Shown: positions 30,225 to 40,787 of the stretch, in pieces
How positions within the stretch are numbered: the first letter of the stretch is position 1
How the letters are laid out: the number at the start of each line of letters is the position of its first letter
DNA from: a virus
Length of the DNA stretch: 64,000 nt
Reading direction: 5' to 3' (one strand)
Virus record (IMG/VR): IMGVR_UViG_3300027763_000027
Coordinates: 64,001 to 128,000 of that record
Made by a program: the position numbers and the translations under genes
Notes under the pieces: model-generated
Seen by the model: only the letters and a program-made list of their open reading frames with translations
Told to the model about the DNA's origin: nothing
Database searches by the model: none

Positions 30225-30422
30225 ATGAACAAAAAATGTCCAAATATGAACGAATGTCGGCCAAATATAGGGGCTGGAAAAGGGGATAAGCCAAGAAATT
30301 GTTTCTCTGATAGATTTAAACAAAACTATGATAGTATAAACTGGTCAGATGAAAAAGATAAGTCGTTGATTAAAAAAGAATTAAAAAAGCAAAACAACTC
30401 ATCTACATACATTTACAAATAA
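30225..30422 (+). CDS. Small phage protein
   Basis: GAGKGDKPR...FKQNYDSINW motif typical of small phage ORFs. Confidence 0.6.
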   Translation: MNKKCPNMNECRPNIGAGKGDKPRNCFSDRFKQNYDSINWSDEKDKSLIKKELKKQNNSSTYIYK

Positions 30423-30433
30423 TATATAGAGTA

Positions 30434-30471
30434 TTGACAGATTTGACAAAAAGTAATATACTCTTACTATG
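30434..30471 (+). promoter_or_regulatory. Sigma70-type promoter abutting the start codon (leaderless)
   Basis: TTGACA-N17-TATACT-N6-ATG. Confidence 0.75.
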
Positions 30472-31368
30472 AGAAAAGGAGTTTGCTGTATTGTATTAAG
30501 TCTAACTGAACAAGATAATCCTATCAAGTTCAATACTATGACTTATGCTCGTTTTTCTGCGATGGATAGGAAAGAAGCTCTTTCTACCCTATCCTCTAGA
30601 ATATTAAACAATATGCTAACTACATATCACTATATCAAATATTGTGCAGACCATAATCATACATACAGAATTTCTTCTGATCTATTTCCTCTTATTACTT
30701 ATGATAAAGCAGATGTTAAGCTCGAATATTTACCAGATTATACCCGAATACTAGCATCATTTGATAGTATCAAGAAACTAATACAATCTAGAAATGTTAG
30801 AGTATCTTGCCATCCTAGTGAATTTAATGTTCTTGCAAGTGATAATGAAAACGCAATCACTAAAACAATCAAAGAATTAAATCACTATGGTTGGTTTATG
30901 ACGCAAATCGGTTGTCCTCTTAACTATGATTCTCCTATGAATATGCACATACATAATTCTAAAGGTGATTTAAATAACATAGTAAAGAAGTTTATGAGTA
31001 ACTTTGAAAAACTATCAGAAGATGTTAAGTCTAGATTAGTTATTGAGAATGACGATAAAGATACTTGCTGGTCAGTTAAAAAACTTATGAAGTATTTTCA
31101 TTCTGTTTCTAATATCCCTATTACCTTCGATTATCTTCATCACAAATGCCATCCAGATAATCTATCAGAGGAGCAAGCATTTCATCTTGCACGAATTACT
31201 TGGGGCAATCATACTCCACTATTTCATTATTCTGAAAGTATTGATGGTCATAAGAATCCACGCAAACACGCAGATTACGCAAAAAACTTGCCAAACACTT
31301 ATAATTATGATAATATAGATATTGACTTTGAGTTAAAAATGAAAGAACAATCTTTTGCAAATTTATGA
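30469..31368 (+). CDS. uvsE: UV damage endonuclease
   Basis: YRISSDLFP, RVSCHPSEF, RLVIENDD, FDYLHH, PLFHYSES, HADY, ELKMKE. Confidence 0.93.
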   Translation: MRKGVCCIVLSLTEQDNPIKFNTMTYARFSAMDRKEALSTLSSRILNNMLTTYHYIKYCADHNHTYRISSDLFPLITYDKADVKLEYLPDYTRILASFDSIKKLIQSRNVRVSCHPSEFNVLASDNENAITKTIKELNHYGWFMTQIGCPLNYDSPMNMHIHNSKGDLNNIVKKFMSNFEKLSEDVKSRLVIENDDKDTCWSVKKLMKYFHSVSNIPITFDYLHHKCHPDNLSEEQAFHLARITWGNHTPLFHYSESIDGHKNPRKHADYAKNLPNTYNYDNIDIDFELKMKEQSFANL

Positions 31369-31877
31369 AAGAAAGAACATTAATCAAACATTTTCCAAAA
31401 GGAAAAGAAGATATTGACAAGTATTTTATTGTAGACGAAGAAAATCAAAAGGTTTGGAATCGTAAAACTGGAAACGAATTAAAATTTTATCCTAACAGCG
31501 ATAATTACCCAAGATTTAGCATAAGAATAAATGGAAAGCAAATTCATATTAAAGTCCATCAATTTTTTTGGTATTATAGATATAATGATCTTCCAGTAGA
31601 ATTAGATCATATAGATAGAAATAGACAAAATTATAAATTAGAAAATTTAAGACCCGCAACAAAAAGACAAAATAATCTTAATTCTGATTACGATAAAAAA
31701 ACAAACAAGCATCTTCCAAAACATATTTATAAAGTAAAAAATAAAAATACTTTATTCGTAAAAATAGACGGAAAATATCTAGGTTGCTCTACGGACTTAC
31801 AAAAAGCTATCGAAATCAGAAATAAGGCTTATGAAATTATATTTTCCGAGGAAGATAAAAAGTTTTTATCAATCTAA
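31365..31877 (+). CDS. HNH endonuclease (homing type)
   Basis: VHQFFW...LDHIDRNRQNYKLENLR. Confidence 0.85.
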   Translation: MKERTLIKHFPKGKEDIDKYFIVDEENQKVWNRKTGNELKFYPNSDNYPRFSIRINGKQIHIKVHQFFWYYRYNDLPVELDHIDRNRQNYKLENLRPATKRQNNLNSDYDKKTNKHLPKHIYKVKNKNTLFVKIDGKYLGCSTDLQKAIEIRNKAYEIIFSEEDKKFLSI

Positions 31878-32228
31878 ATGAAAGTATGCGTAAAATGTAA
31901 AGTCTTAAAACCTATTACAGATTTTAGACTTCATTCTAAAGGAGAAGGAATTAATTATCGTAGACCAGAATGTATAGAGTGTGAAAAAAGCTATCAAAAG
32001 AAAAGAACTGCTAGTAAATTCAGAGAAAAAGAAAGACCACAAATAGGAACTCCTTGTGATTGTTGTAGTAGAACAGATAAAAAATTGATATTAGATCATT
32101 GTCATATTACTGACGCTTTTCGTGGTTGGTTATGTCAAAATTGCAATTTAGGTATTGGAAGATTAAATGATTCTTTACAAGGAGTAAAAAATGCTTTAAA
32201 ATATTTGGAGAAATTTTATGACTCATAA
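31878..32228 (+). CDS. Endonuclease VII-like protein
   Basis: CxxC pairs; LDHCHITDAFRGWLCQNCNLGIG. Confidence 0.85.
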   Translation: MKVCVKCKVLKPITDFRLHSKGEGINYRRPECIECEKSYQKKRTASKFREKERPQIGTPCDCCSRTDKKLILDHCHITDAFRGWLCQNCNLGIGRLNDSLQGVKNALKYLEKFYDS

Positions 32229-32306
32229 GTTATATGAAATGTTTATTGTTATATTAGGTGTGATAGCTAATATTGTGCTTATTATAAATGCAATTCATCA
32301 TTGGTA

Positions 32307-32969
32307 ATGAATAAATATTTAATTGTATCAGATATTCACCTTGGAGATAAAGATTGCAAGGCTGAAATTTTATTAAAAGTTTTTAAACAAAACAAAGCAA
32401 AAACAATTATAATTGCTGGCGATCTTTTTGACCACCACAATCTTCATAGGTTAAATAAAACTCATTGGAAGGTATTATCTAAACTACGAAAACTTTCTAA
32501 AAAATGCAAGATAATTTATCTGATTGGCAATCATTGTTTTCTTAAAGCAGAGTTTATGAGTATTCTTCTTGGTTTTAATTGCAAAGACGAACATATTATA
32601 GAATTAAAAAATAGTAAAGTATTAGTTGTTCACGGAGATGTTTTCGACATTTATTTTACAAAATATAAATGGATTACTAATTTTATTGTTAAAGCCTATT
32701 ACTTTATTAGACATTATACTCCATTTGCAGATGATTTCTTTAGATTATTTAAACATCATACAAACGATTTTGTAGAGAAAAGCTCGGATATTAAACAAAA
32801 CGCTTTGAATTACATCAATATGAATAGATATGATAAGATAATTTGCGGTCATACCCATCTTCCAGAATATAGCGATAAATACATAAATACTGGAAGTTTT
32901 TGTGAAAAAGAATGTAGCTATGTTATTATAGATAAAAAAGACAAGATAACATTGACAAATATTAAATAA
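32307..32969 (+). CDS. Calcineurin-like metallophosphoesterase (LpxH-like)
   Basis: SDIHLG, GDLFD, GNH, HGD, CGHTH, YINTGSF. Confidence 0.85.
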   Translation: MNKYLIVSDIHLGDKDCKAEILLKVFKQNKAKTIIIAGDLFDHHNLHRLNKTHWKVLSKLRKLSKKCKIIYLIGNHCFLKAEFMSILLGFNCKDEHIIELKNSKVLVVHGDVFDIYFTKYKWITNFIVKAYYFIRHYTPFADDFFRLFKHHTNDFVEKSSDIKQNALNYINMNRYDKIICGHTHLPEYSDKYINTGSFCEKECSYVIIDKKDKITLTNIK

Positions 32970-32986
32970 AAGGTATCATATAGTAT

Positions 32987-33634
32987 ATGGGTTTATTTAA
33001 TTATATCAAAGTTGAGCAAGATTTACCTCTTAACGAGGAATTAAAAGCTCTTAATATTGACTTTAAGAAAGAAGAATTTCAAACAAAAGAACTAGAAGAA
33101 AGCCTTATGTCTACCTATATTATCCGTGATTATAGATTATTTGAATTAAAAATAAATAGTCATTGGGAAGATAATCCAGACTATGCAAAAGATGGCAGTA
33201 GATTTGGTGAATTTTTTAATAAGAATAAATTGGTAGAAGATAGTAGAGAAGAAGTTTTTAGAGATGATTATACTGGCACATTTACTTTTGGTGCTTATAT
33301 CTCTGGTAAAACTAAAGAAAGCTATGATTACTTTCCAGACTGGAAATGTGTCGTAGTCCAAGGTTTATTAACAGAAATATCCTTAATTAAGCCAATAGAA
33401 AAAAATTCATCTAGACAAAGAATAGAATCTCTAGAAGCCTTTAAAAAAGAATTAGACGATCACGAAAGAAAAATGAGATGTCCAGTTTATAGTTTTTATT
33501 TTAAATATTATGTTAAGGCTATGAATGTTATTGAATGGAAACTTGATGCTGGAATAAATACTATCATAAGATTCTTCAACTGGTTGCGATGGAAAGGTAT
33601 TAGAAAAATAATAAGGATTTTAACACCAAGATGA
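32987..33634 (+). CDS. Hypothetical phage protein
   Basis: MGLFNYI...FQTKEL; own promoter upstream. Confidence 0.7.
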   Translation: MGLFNYIKVEQDLPLNEELKALNIDFKKEEFQTKELEESLMSTYIIRDYRLFELKINSHWEDNPDYAKDGSRFGEFFNKNKLVEDSREEVFRDDYTGTFTFGAYISGKTKESYDYFPDWKCVVVQGLLTEISLIKPIEKNSSRQRIESLEAFKKELDDHERKMRCPVYSFYFKYYVKAMNVIEWKLDAGINTIIRFFNWLRWKGIRKIIRILTPR

Positions 33635-34293
33635 AAAAGAGCAAAAGAAATAAAAATACTTTTAAGAAAATCTTTCCTACGAAAGAGATACTAGAAAAAC
33701 ATCTTTTTATTGATATAGAAAAACAAGAAATTACAAAACTTTCTACTGGAAACAAATTAACTTTTCGTTTAGCTGGTAGAAAGAACAATCATTATCATAC
33801 AATTAATTTTTGTTTAAAAGGAAAATCGTATAATTTTTTGGTGCATCGTTTATTTTTTTATTGGCATTATGGATATTTGCCATATCAAATAGATCACATA
33901 GACGGAAATAGTCTTAATAATAAAATTAATAACTTAAGAGAGACAAACGACTCTAATAATCAAAGGAACAAAAAGAAAAATAATATTAGACTTGGTAAAA
34001 AGACATCTTCTAGACATAAAAATGTAACTTGGGATAAAAGAGGAAAAAAATGGATTGCCAGAGTCAATCTCAATAAAAAGAAGCAAGGGTTAGGAAGCTA
34101 TGAAAATGAAGATGATGCTGGCGAAGCCGTTAATCAATTTTATATAAAAAATAATTTGATAGATTACGCACACTTTAATGATACTCCTCAACAAAGAATA
34201 AGAGAGAATAATCAATTTGACCCCTTACCACCAGAGATGAATCATCTTAAAGATTTATTTTTAAATATTGAGCCTTTGGTAGATTTTAAATGA
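33631..34293 (+). CDS. HNH endonuclease with AP2-like C-terminal domain
   Basis: VHRLFF...IDHIDGNSLNNKINNLRE; KNVTWDKRGKKWIARV...LGSYENEDDA. Confidence 0.85.
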   Translation: MKKSKRNKNTFKKIFPTKEILEKHLFIDIEKQEITKLSTGNKLTFRLAGRKNNHYHTINFCLKGKSYNFLVHRLFFYWHYGYLPYQIDHIDGNSLNNKINNLRETNDSNNQRNKKKNNIRLGKKTSSRHKNVTWDKRGKKWIARVNLNKKKQGLGSYENEDDAGEAVNQFYIKNNLIDYAHFNDTPQQRIRENNQFDPLPPEMNHLKDLFLNIEPLVDFK

Positions 34294-34481
34294 AGAAAAA
34301 CACTCATATTTTAGAAGTTAAAGAACAAGACGGATATCAATACATTGAGTTGCCAGATTCTTTGATGAAAAAAATGGGATGGAAAATCGGTGATACGATT
34401 GATTGGCAAGATAACAAAGATGGTAGTTGGAGTTTGTTGAAAGTTGTAAGTCCTTCTAAATCAAAAAAAAACAAAATTTGA
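34290..34481 (+). CDS. AbrB/MazE-like DNA-binding protein
   Basis: YIELPDSLMKKMGWKIGDTIDW. Confidence 0.7.
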   Translation: MKKNTHILEVKEQDGYQYIELPDSLMKKMGWKIGDTIDWQDNKDGSWSLLKVVSPSKSKKNKI

Positions 34482-34515
34482 CAGCTTGGATAATCCAGTA
34501 TAAACTGGAAGTATG
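34478..34515 (+). promoter_or_regulatory. Sigma70-type promoter abutting the start codon (leaderless)
   Basis: TTGACA-N17-TAAACT-N6-ATG. Confidence 0.75.
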
Positions 34516-35625
34516 AAGTTACCTACAATTTATAAAAAGACTAAAACTGGCAAAGTCCAAGAGTGGACTATTGAAGTTAAAGGGAATCAATACCGCACAA
34601 TTTCTGGTCAAACAGATGGCGAAAAGATCACTAACAAATGGACAGATTGCGATATAAAAAACGAAGGTAGATCAAATGCTACTACTCCAGAAGAACAAGC
34701 AATCAAAGAAGCAGAAGCAAAACGCAAAAAGAAATTAGAATCTGGATACTTTGAATCTGTCAAAGATATTAACAAGGTTCAATACTTTGAGCCAATGCTT
34801 GCACAAAAGTATGAAGATCACGAAATTAATTATCCAGTTTATAGCCAACCTAAACTAGATGGTATTCGTTGTATTGTAACAAAAGATGGAATGTTTAGTA
34901 GAAATGGCAAGAAGATTATTTCTGCACCGCACATTCGCCAAAATTTAGATTTATTCTTTAAAGATTATCCTAATGCAATTCTTGATGGTGAGTTATATTG
35001 TGATAAGTTTGCAAATGACTTTAATAAAATTTGTTCCCTTGTCAAGAGAACTAAACCTACTGATGAAGAACTAGAAGAAAGTGCTGATAGTATTCAGTAT
35101 TGGGTTTATGATGCTCCTAAAATTGGAATAATGAATGAGAAAGATTCTTTTTATCAAAGATATGAATTAGTATCTGATGCTCTTACTAAAAGAAAATATA
35201 CAAGCATAGTTGTTGTAACTACTTTAAAAGTAAATAACGAAAAAGAACTTACTCAAGCATACGAAATGTATGTAGAGCAAGGCTATGAAGGTCAAATGGT
35301 TAGATTAGACCGACCTTATGAGAATAAGCGTAGCAAGTTTCTTCTTAAAAGAAAAGAGTTTATGGATGCCGAATTTGAGATTAAAGGAGTCCAAGAAGGC
35401 GAAGGCAATCGCAAAGGAACTGCTGGATATATGGAGTTTGTGAACGCTCAAGGAAAATACTTTAAGAGTAATATCAAAGGTGATTTTGGTTATCTTAAAG
35501 AAGTATATAAAGAAAGAAATGAATTAGTAGGCAAGAAAGCTACAATAAAGTTTTTTAATTACACACCAGATGAAGTGCCAAGGTTTCCTTATGTTGTTGC
35601 TATTGATAGAGATAGCTACGAATAA
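34513..35625 (+). CDS. ATP-dependent DNA ligase
   Basis: PMLA, QPKLDGIR (KxDG), LDGELY, YEGQMVR, LLKRKEF, PRFP. Confidence 0.93.
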   Translation: MKLPTIYKKTKTGKVQEWTIEVKGNQYRTISGQTDGEKITNKWTDCDIKNEGRSNATTPEEQAIKEAEAKRKKKLESGYFESVKDINKVQYFEPMLAQKYEDHEINYPVYSQPKLDGIRCIVTKDGMFSRNGKKIISAPHIRQNLDLFFKDYPNAILDGELYCDKFANDFNKICSLVKRTKPTDEELEESADSIQYWVYDAPKIGIMNEKDSFYQRYELVSDALTKRKYTSIVVVTTLKVNNEKELTQAYEMYVEQGYEGQMVRLDRPYENKRSKFLLKRKEFMDAEFEIKGVQEGEGNRKGTAGYMEFVNAQGKYFKSNIKGDFGYLKEVYKERNELVGKKATIKFFNYTPDEVPRFPYVVAIDRDSYE

Positions 35626-35668
35626 AATATTATTTGACATCATTTTAAATTTAATTTAAATTCAATAT

Positions 35669-37867
35669 ATGAAATTACTAGAAAAACCAATCAATGTAGT
35701 CGAGTCCGATAGTTTTGAATCCGTAAGTTTTGGAATCAAGCAATCTGGACTTCCTTATATCTTCAACATCCTTCGCAATCAGTTGTATTCCAACAAACCT
35801 CTCGCAGTTTTGCGTGAGATTACTTGTAATGCACAAGACGCTAATATCGAAGCAAAGAGCAAGCGTCCTATTGAGATTAAACTTCCTACGAAGCTAGAAC
35901 CTACCTTAACTATCAGAGATTTTGGTAATGGTCTTTCTGCTGATGATATTAAGAATCTTTATTGTTATTATGGTGAATCTACCAAACGCAATAACAATTC
36001 TGCTATTGGATATTACGGCATCGGTAAATTCGCACCATTCAGTTATGGTGATAACTTTGTTTTGATTTCTTATCACGATGGCAAGAAAACTACTTACAAT
36101 GCTTTTATTGATGAAACTAAAATTGGTAAGATCGTTAAGCTCAAGGATGAAAAATCTTCCGAGCCTACTGGCGTTTTGATTTCTGTGCCAATCAAAGAAG
36201 AAGATACAGAAACCTTTTTGTCTACTGCTCAAGAATTATTTAAGTATTTCAAGAACAAGCCAATTATCAAAGGTGCAAGAAAAGAAGATTTGTCAGAAAT
36301 CTATGATCGCACACCAGTATTTAAAGGTAATGGTTGGGCTTATTATAATAACTCTGGCTATGGTAGAGAATCTGTTGCGATTATGGGAGTTGGTTATCCT
36401 ATCGAAACTAGCGATGTGCAATTCAAAGAAGATTCTGACGAGCAAAGTATTTGCTCTCAAGGATTTGAAGTAGAGTTTGAACTTGGCGAACTAGATATTA
36501 CTGCAAGCCGAGAGAATCTAGAATATACTGAAAAGACTAGAAAAGCTATTAGAGATAAATTCCGTAAAATCAAGAAAGAGATGGCAGAGTGCATCTCTCA
36601 ACAATTTAAAGATTCTACAAACATCTATGATGCCAAAGCTCTTTATAACGAAGTCTTTGGGACTTATGGCAGTTTGGGTTATATTGTTCGTAACGCTTTA
36701 AGCAACAAAGTGACTTGGAATAGCAAAACTATTACTGATAATCATATTGATTTCAATGATAAGATTGCGAAGATGATTGAGAATGGCAAATTGACTTCAA
36801 AGTTTTATCAGAAGTCTCGCAGAAGCACAAAATTAAATTCAGAGAATGAAGCCAAAAGGATTCTTTGCGAAAAGACACATAAAGTCCTAGTCAATGATAC
36901 TGGTTCAGCTATGGGAGTAACTCATCGTCTTGCTACTCTTTGGAATGAATTAGGAGACAAGATTGATGGTGCTTATGTATTTACATTCGTAGATCAAGCA
37001 ACGAAAGATACCTTTAACAAAGAACTTGGTATTGTTAATGAGAATTATTTGAATCTTTCTGATTATGAGAAGATTACTATTCAGAAGATCAACTCTGGAA
37101 CTAGCGTTGTAACCAGTAAGAATCCAAAACATTCTTCTCAAATCTTTAAGTTTAAGCGTAAAGACGCTACGAATTGGGGAACAAATTCTAATAATTGGGA
37201 GACTATGGCTATGGATTTAGCTAATGATACTGCTATCTATGTGGAGATCAGTAACTTCCAAGCCCAAGGCAAGGAACACGAATTTAGAAATGGGACTCTA
37301 AAAGATATTCTTGAGAAGTATGAAGAACTTACTGGCGAGAAACTTCCAGAGATTTATGGAATCAAATCTAAAACTTTTGAAGCCAAGAAAAAGATTATTA
37401 CTAAAAATAAAAATCTTACAAGCCTCTGGAAATATCTTGAAGATGGAATCCGCAAGGAGTATTCTAAACTATCACAGCAAATCACAGACAAGAACCATTG
37501 GGATAAGCACAATGGAGAAGATAATGGTTTTGCTGATCTTGTTCAAAATCTCCACAAGAAAGAACTACACGAACTTATTGAAAATCAAAATTCAGAGTTT
37601 GCACAATACTTGAGTGCGATTATGTTCTATGCGAAATCGAACTTTAAGAAGGTTGGCGAAGCTCTTGGGTTTTTAAAATTGGCTGAAATTGATATTAAAT
37701 TCGATCAAGTCAATCCAACTTATAATTTGGATACTCTCTTAAAGAATATCCAAAGCAAATATGAAATACTCGATGTATTTATGCCTCATACTTCTATGTG
37801 GCAGATTAGCGAGAAGAAACAAATGACAAGGATTGTAAATTACATAAATGTCATTGACAAAAACTAA
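35669..37867 (+). CDS. rIIA: rIIA-like protein (N-terminal GHKL ATPase)
   Basis: LYSNKPLAVLREITCNAQDA, IRDFGNGLS, ESTKR, IGYYGIG, ITASRENL; upstream of rIIB-like gene. Confidence 0.85.
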   Translation: MKLLEKPINVVESDSFESVSFGIKQSGLPYIFNILRNQLYSNKPLAVLREITCNAQDANIEAKSKRPIEIKLPTKLEPTLTIRDFGNGLSADDIKNLYCYYGESTKRNNNSAIGYYGIGKFAPFSYGDNFVLISYHDGKKTTYNAFIDETKIGKIVKLKDEKSSEPTGVLISVPIKEEDTETFLSTAQELFKYFKNKPIIKGARKEDLSEIYDRTPVFKGNGWAYYNNSGYGRESVAIMGVGYPIETSDVQFKEDSDEQSICSQGFEVEFELGELDITASRENLEYTEKTRKAIRDKFRKIKKEMAECISQQFKDSTNIYDAKALYNEVFGTYGSLGYIVRNALSNKVTWNSKTITDNHIDFNDKIAKMIENGKLTSKFYQKSRRSTKLNSENEAKRILCEKTHKVLVNDTGSAMGVTHRLATLWNELGDKIDGAYVFTFVDQATKDTFNKELGIVNENYLNLSDYEKITIQKINSGTSVVTSKNPKHSSQIFKFKRKDATNWGTNSNNWETMAMDLANDTAIYVEISNFQAQGKEHEFRNGTLKDILEKYEELTGEKLPEIYGIKSKTFEAKKKIITKNKNLTSLWKYLEDGIRKEYSKLSQQITDKNHWDKHNGEDNGFADLVQNLHKKELHELIENQNSEFAQYLSAIMFYAKSNFKKVGEALGFLKLAEIDIKFDQVNPTYNLDTLLKNIQSKYEILDVFMPHTSMWQISEKKQMTRIVNYINVIDKN

Positions 37868-37889
37868 AAAAAGAGAGAAAATACAAAAA

Positions 37890-38807
37890 ATGAAAATACC
37901 ATATATATTAACAGATCGTAGTCTTACTATCGTTCTTAACGATGAGCCAAAGACTATCACTAGCGAAAATCCAGTTTGGAATGACGCTATCACCGCAATC
38001 AGAGAAGGAAGGTTTAGCGATCTTCCAGATATTCTCGACAAGAGCAAAGCTATTGCACGATTCTCTCACGGCAAGATTGAAGTCCGTGATGGTCTTGTGA
38101 CTTATGCTGGCGAAGAAATTCATAATATTGTTGTAGATAGAATCTTAAACTTTATTAAGAATGGTTTGCCTTATGAGCCTCTTGTTAAGTTTCTTGATAA
38201 GCTAATGGCAAATCCTTCTCGTAGAGCAGTTAATGAACTCTACAAATTCTTGGAGCATAAAAAAATGCCTCTCACACCAGATGGCGATTTCCTTGCATAT
38301 AAGAGTGTTAGAGCAGATTTTACTGATTGGTATAGTGGCAAACATAATTTTGCTATCGGCCAAGTCCGTGAGATGGCAAGAAATCAAGTTTGCGATAATG
38401 CAGATGTTGGTTGTTCTGCTGGTTATCACGCTGGCTCAGAAGAATATGCAAAAAGTTTTAATGGTGGTGGTAATCTTGTGATAGTTAAGATTAACCCTGC
38501 TGATGTTGTATCTGTTCCAACAGATTGTGAATGTCAGAAACTTCGTGCATCTAAACTAGAAGTTGTTGCACTATATCGTAAATCTCTTGACAAAGAACTT
38601 TATGATATTGCTTATGGAAACTTTATTCATCCATATAGTCCAGAAGCTCAAGAAGCTATGCAAGAAATGTATGATGTAGACCCCGATGGCGAATACGATG
38701 ATGAAGATGAGGAAGATGATGTTCCTAGTTGGGGAACTGATGGCACACTTAAAGCGAATTATCACAATAAGCGTGACCCTCATACTGGAAGGTTTATTAA
38801 GGGATAA
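37890..38807 (+). CDS. rIIB: rIIB-like protein
   Basis: NPSRRAVNELYKFL, TPDGDFLAYK, CSAGYH, VKINPADVVSVPTD. Confidence 0.85.
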   Translation: MKIPYILTDRSLTIVLNDEPKTITSENPVWNDAITAIREGRFSDLPDILDKSKAIARFSHGKIEVRDGLVTYAGEEIHNIVVDRILNFIKNGLPYEPLVKFLDKLMANPSRRAVNELYKFLEHKKMPLTPDGDFLAYKSVRADFTDWYSGKHNFAIGQVREMARNQVCDNADVGCSAGYHAGSEEYAKSFNGGGNLVIVKINPADVVSVPTDCECQKLRASKLEVVALYRKSLDKELYDIAYGNFIHPYSPEAQEAMQEMYDVDPDGEYDDEDEEDDVPSWGTDGTLKANYHNKRDPHTGRFIKG

Positions 38808-39049
38808 TGAAGTTAGGTTTGCACATTGATTGGTGCATAGGGAGATGGTTTGGTAGGAACAATAATCTTGAGATTAGAGTTACCCTACCGACCATCTCTC
38901 TCGGTTATAAACAAGAAGATGATGATAAATGGTTTGGATTTAAATTCAATTTAAGGACAGACATATCATTTGAATCATACGAATATGGAAAAATATTTAC
39001 CTTGATTTTATTTGGATTTGGAGTTAAAGTAAGCAAGTTTAATTTATGA
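38807..39049 (+). CDS. Hypothetical protein
   Basis: ORF coupled to the rIIB stop. Confidence 0.55.
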   Translation: MKLGLHIDWCIGRWFGRNNNLEIRVTLPTISLGYKQEDDDKWFGFKFNLRTDISFESYEYGKIFTLILFGFGVKVSKFNL

Positions 39050-39240
39050 GTGAAGAAGATAATTTTAATTGTAAAGCTGGAAATCAGTTGAGAGATACTT
39101 TATATAAAGATATATTAAGATATGCTCACGAAAGCGATATGACAGCTTATCAAGTAATTGGCGTTTTAGAATCATTGAAATTTGATTTATTAAATGCTAT
39201 GAGAAATGTTGATGAAGGAGGAGATGAAGATGAAATCTAA
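39046..39240 (+). CDS. Hypothetical protein
   Basis: Overlapping ORF in operon. Confidence 0.6.
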   Translation: MSEEDNFNCKAGNQLRDTLYKDILRYAHESDMTAYQVIGVLESLKFDLLNAMRNVDEGGDEDEI

Positions 39241-39436
39241 TCGTGGTCGTAAAAAAGGTTCGTTTTGTTTTTCAATGGTAACATTGAGTGAACTTAATAA
39301 AGTATTGAAGCAAGATGCAGTAGTTATCGTATCAAAGAAATTCCTCGACAATTTAAATATAAAAGGAATTGAAAAGGAAGTCAATACTAAAACCTATAAT
39401 AGTTTAGAGCAACCTATTGATTTTCAAGTAGTTTAA
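39230..39436 (+). CDS. Small basic protein with RGRKKGS motif
   Basis: AT-hook-like N terminus. Confidence 0.55.
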   Translation: MKSNRGRKKGSFCFSMVTLSELNKVLKQDAVVIVSKKFLDNLNIKGIEKEVNTKTYNSLEQPIDFQVV

Positions 39437-39480
39437 ACAAACTTCTTGATTAGAATTTAAAACCCATATATAAAGGTTCT

Positions 39481-40416
39481 ATGGCAAAAGAAAATTATTC
39501 AGAAATAGTTGGACAAGAAAAAACAAAAGGAAAGTTAAACTTTCTACTTGAGGGATTTGAGCAAACAAAAATTATGCCTCATCTTCTTTTTGTTGCTCCA
39601 AGAGGTTGCGGTAAAACTATGATCGCTCAAGAGACAGCGAAGATTATGAATAGAGAAAGGAATGTTATTGTTAATTGCTCTACAATCAAAAATGTTAAGA
39701 GTTTCTTTAATCAAATTATGCTTCCTTATGTTTATGATAAGAATACTACAATTATCTTTGATGAAGCAAGTGAATTGCCTAGAGATGTGACTATGGCACT
39801 TCTTACTATTTTAAATCCTAATACTAATAATCAAAATGAATTTACTTTTGAAGATGGGACTTATACTTTCAGATTCAATCAAAACTCTTTTATCTTTTGC
39901 ACAACAGAAGCTCAAAAGATTTTTCACGCTCTTGCCGATAGACTTTATAGAATTGATATGGAAGATTATTCTTATATTAGTCTTGGTAAGATTATTCAGA
40001 ATAACTTGAAATCTAAAAGTCAATTCATAGAATTAGATGTTATTGATGAAGTCGCTAGTGTTTGCCGTGGTAATGCTAGACAAGCTCAATCCTTGGCGAA
40101 TCAAATCTCATCTTATTTGATGAGTAAAAAATCTAATAAACTCACTATTGGAGGTTGGAGTGAGATTAAAGGCAAATTATCCATCTACCCTCTCGGTCTT
40201 TCAGAAATTGAACTTAATATAATTAAAATTCTAAAAGAACACGGAGAAGTTAGATTAACCAATCTTTCAGCTAAAACTAATCTTACCAAAGATATGTTGC
40301 AAAAGAATGTTGAAATGTATTTGATGAGAAATAATCTTATTGAGATTCGTCCAACTGGTCGTGCTTTAACTAAAAAAGGTCACGATTATCATAAGGAGCA
40401 TCTTGAAAAGCGTTAA
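39481..40416 (+). CDS. ruvB: RuvB-like AAA+ Holliday junction branch migration ATPase
   Basis: IVGQE, PHLLFVAPRGCGKT (Walker A), IIFDEA (Walker B), RGNAR, C-terminal winged helix ...PTGRALT. Confidence 0.8.
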   Translation: MAKENYSEIVGQEKTKGKLNFLLEGFEQTKIMPHLLFVAPRGCGKTMIAQETAKIMNRERNVIVNCSTIKNVKSFFNQIMLPYVYDKNTTIIFDEASELPRDVTMALLTILNPNTNNQNEFTFEDGTYTFRFNQNSFIFCTTEAQKIFHALADRLYRIDMEDYSYISLGKIIQNNLKSKSQFIELDVIDEVASVCRGNARQAQSLANQISSYLMSKKSNKLTIGGWSEIKGKLSIYPLGLSEIELNIIKILKEHGEVRLTNLSAKTNLTKDMLQKNVEMYLMRNNLIEIRPTGRALTKKGHDYHKEHLEKR

Positions 40417-40612
40417 AATTAAAAGCAAAAAATACGGCACAATTAGCGAAGTTAAATACTATAATAGTAAAATTAAAATGTTTTATTGCTATATCCCTCA
40501 TCTTGATATGAATATGCACATACATCCTTCTGCTTTTTTGCTTGATATTGGAGAAAAAGAGCTAGATAATCTAAAAATGGAGATGTTACTAAATGAACAA
40601 GAAAATAATTGA
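40403..40612 (+). CDS. Hypothetical protein
   Basis: Overlapping ORF in operon. Confidence 0.5.
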   Translation: MKSVKIKSKKYGTISEVKYYNSKIKMFYCYIPHLDMNMHIHPSAFLLDIGEKELDNLKMEMLLNEQENN

Positions 40613-40787
40613 TAAAATTGATTTAGTTATAGAAGATATTTTTAATCTTCAAGAATTAATAGACTTCGACACATCTGATTCTAGCGAATACGATTTGGAT
40701 TCAGTAGTGACTCTACTAGCTAAAATTCGTGGTAGAGTAGCGAATCAAGAGGATGAAGTAGAAAAAATTGATCTTAAACAGCTATGA
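40593..40787 (+). CDS. Hypothetical protein
   Basis: Acidic small ORF in operon. Confidence 0.55.
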   Translation: MNKKIIDKIDLVIEDIFNLQELIDFDTSDSSEYDLDSVVTLLAKIRGRVANQEDEVEKIDLKQL

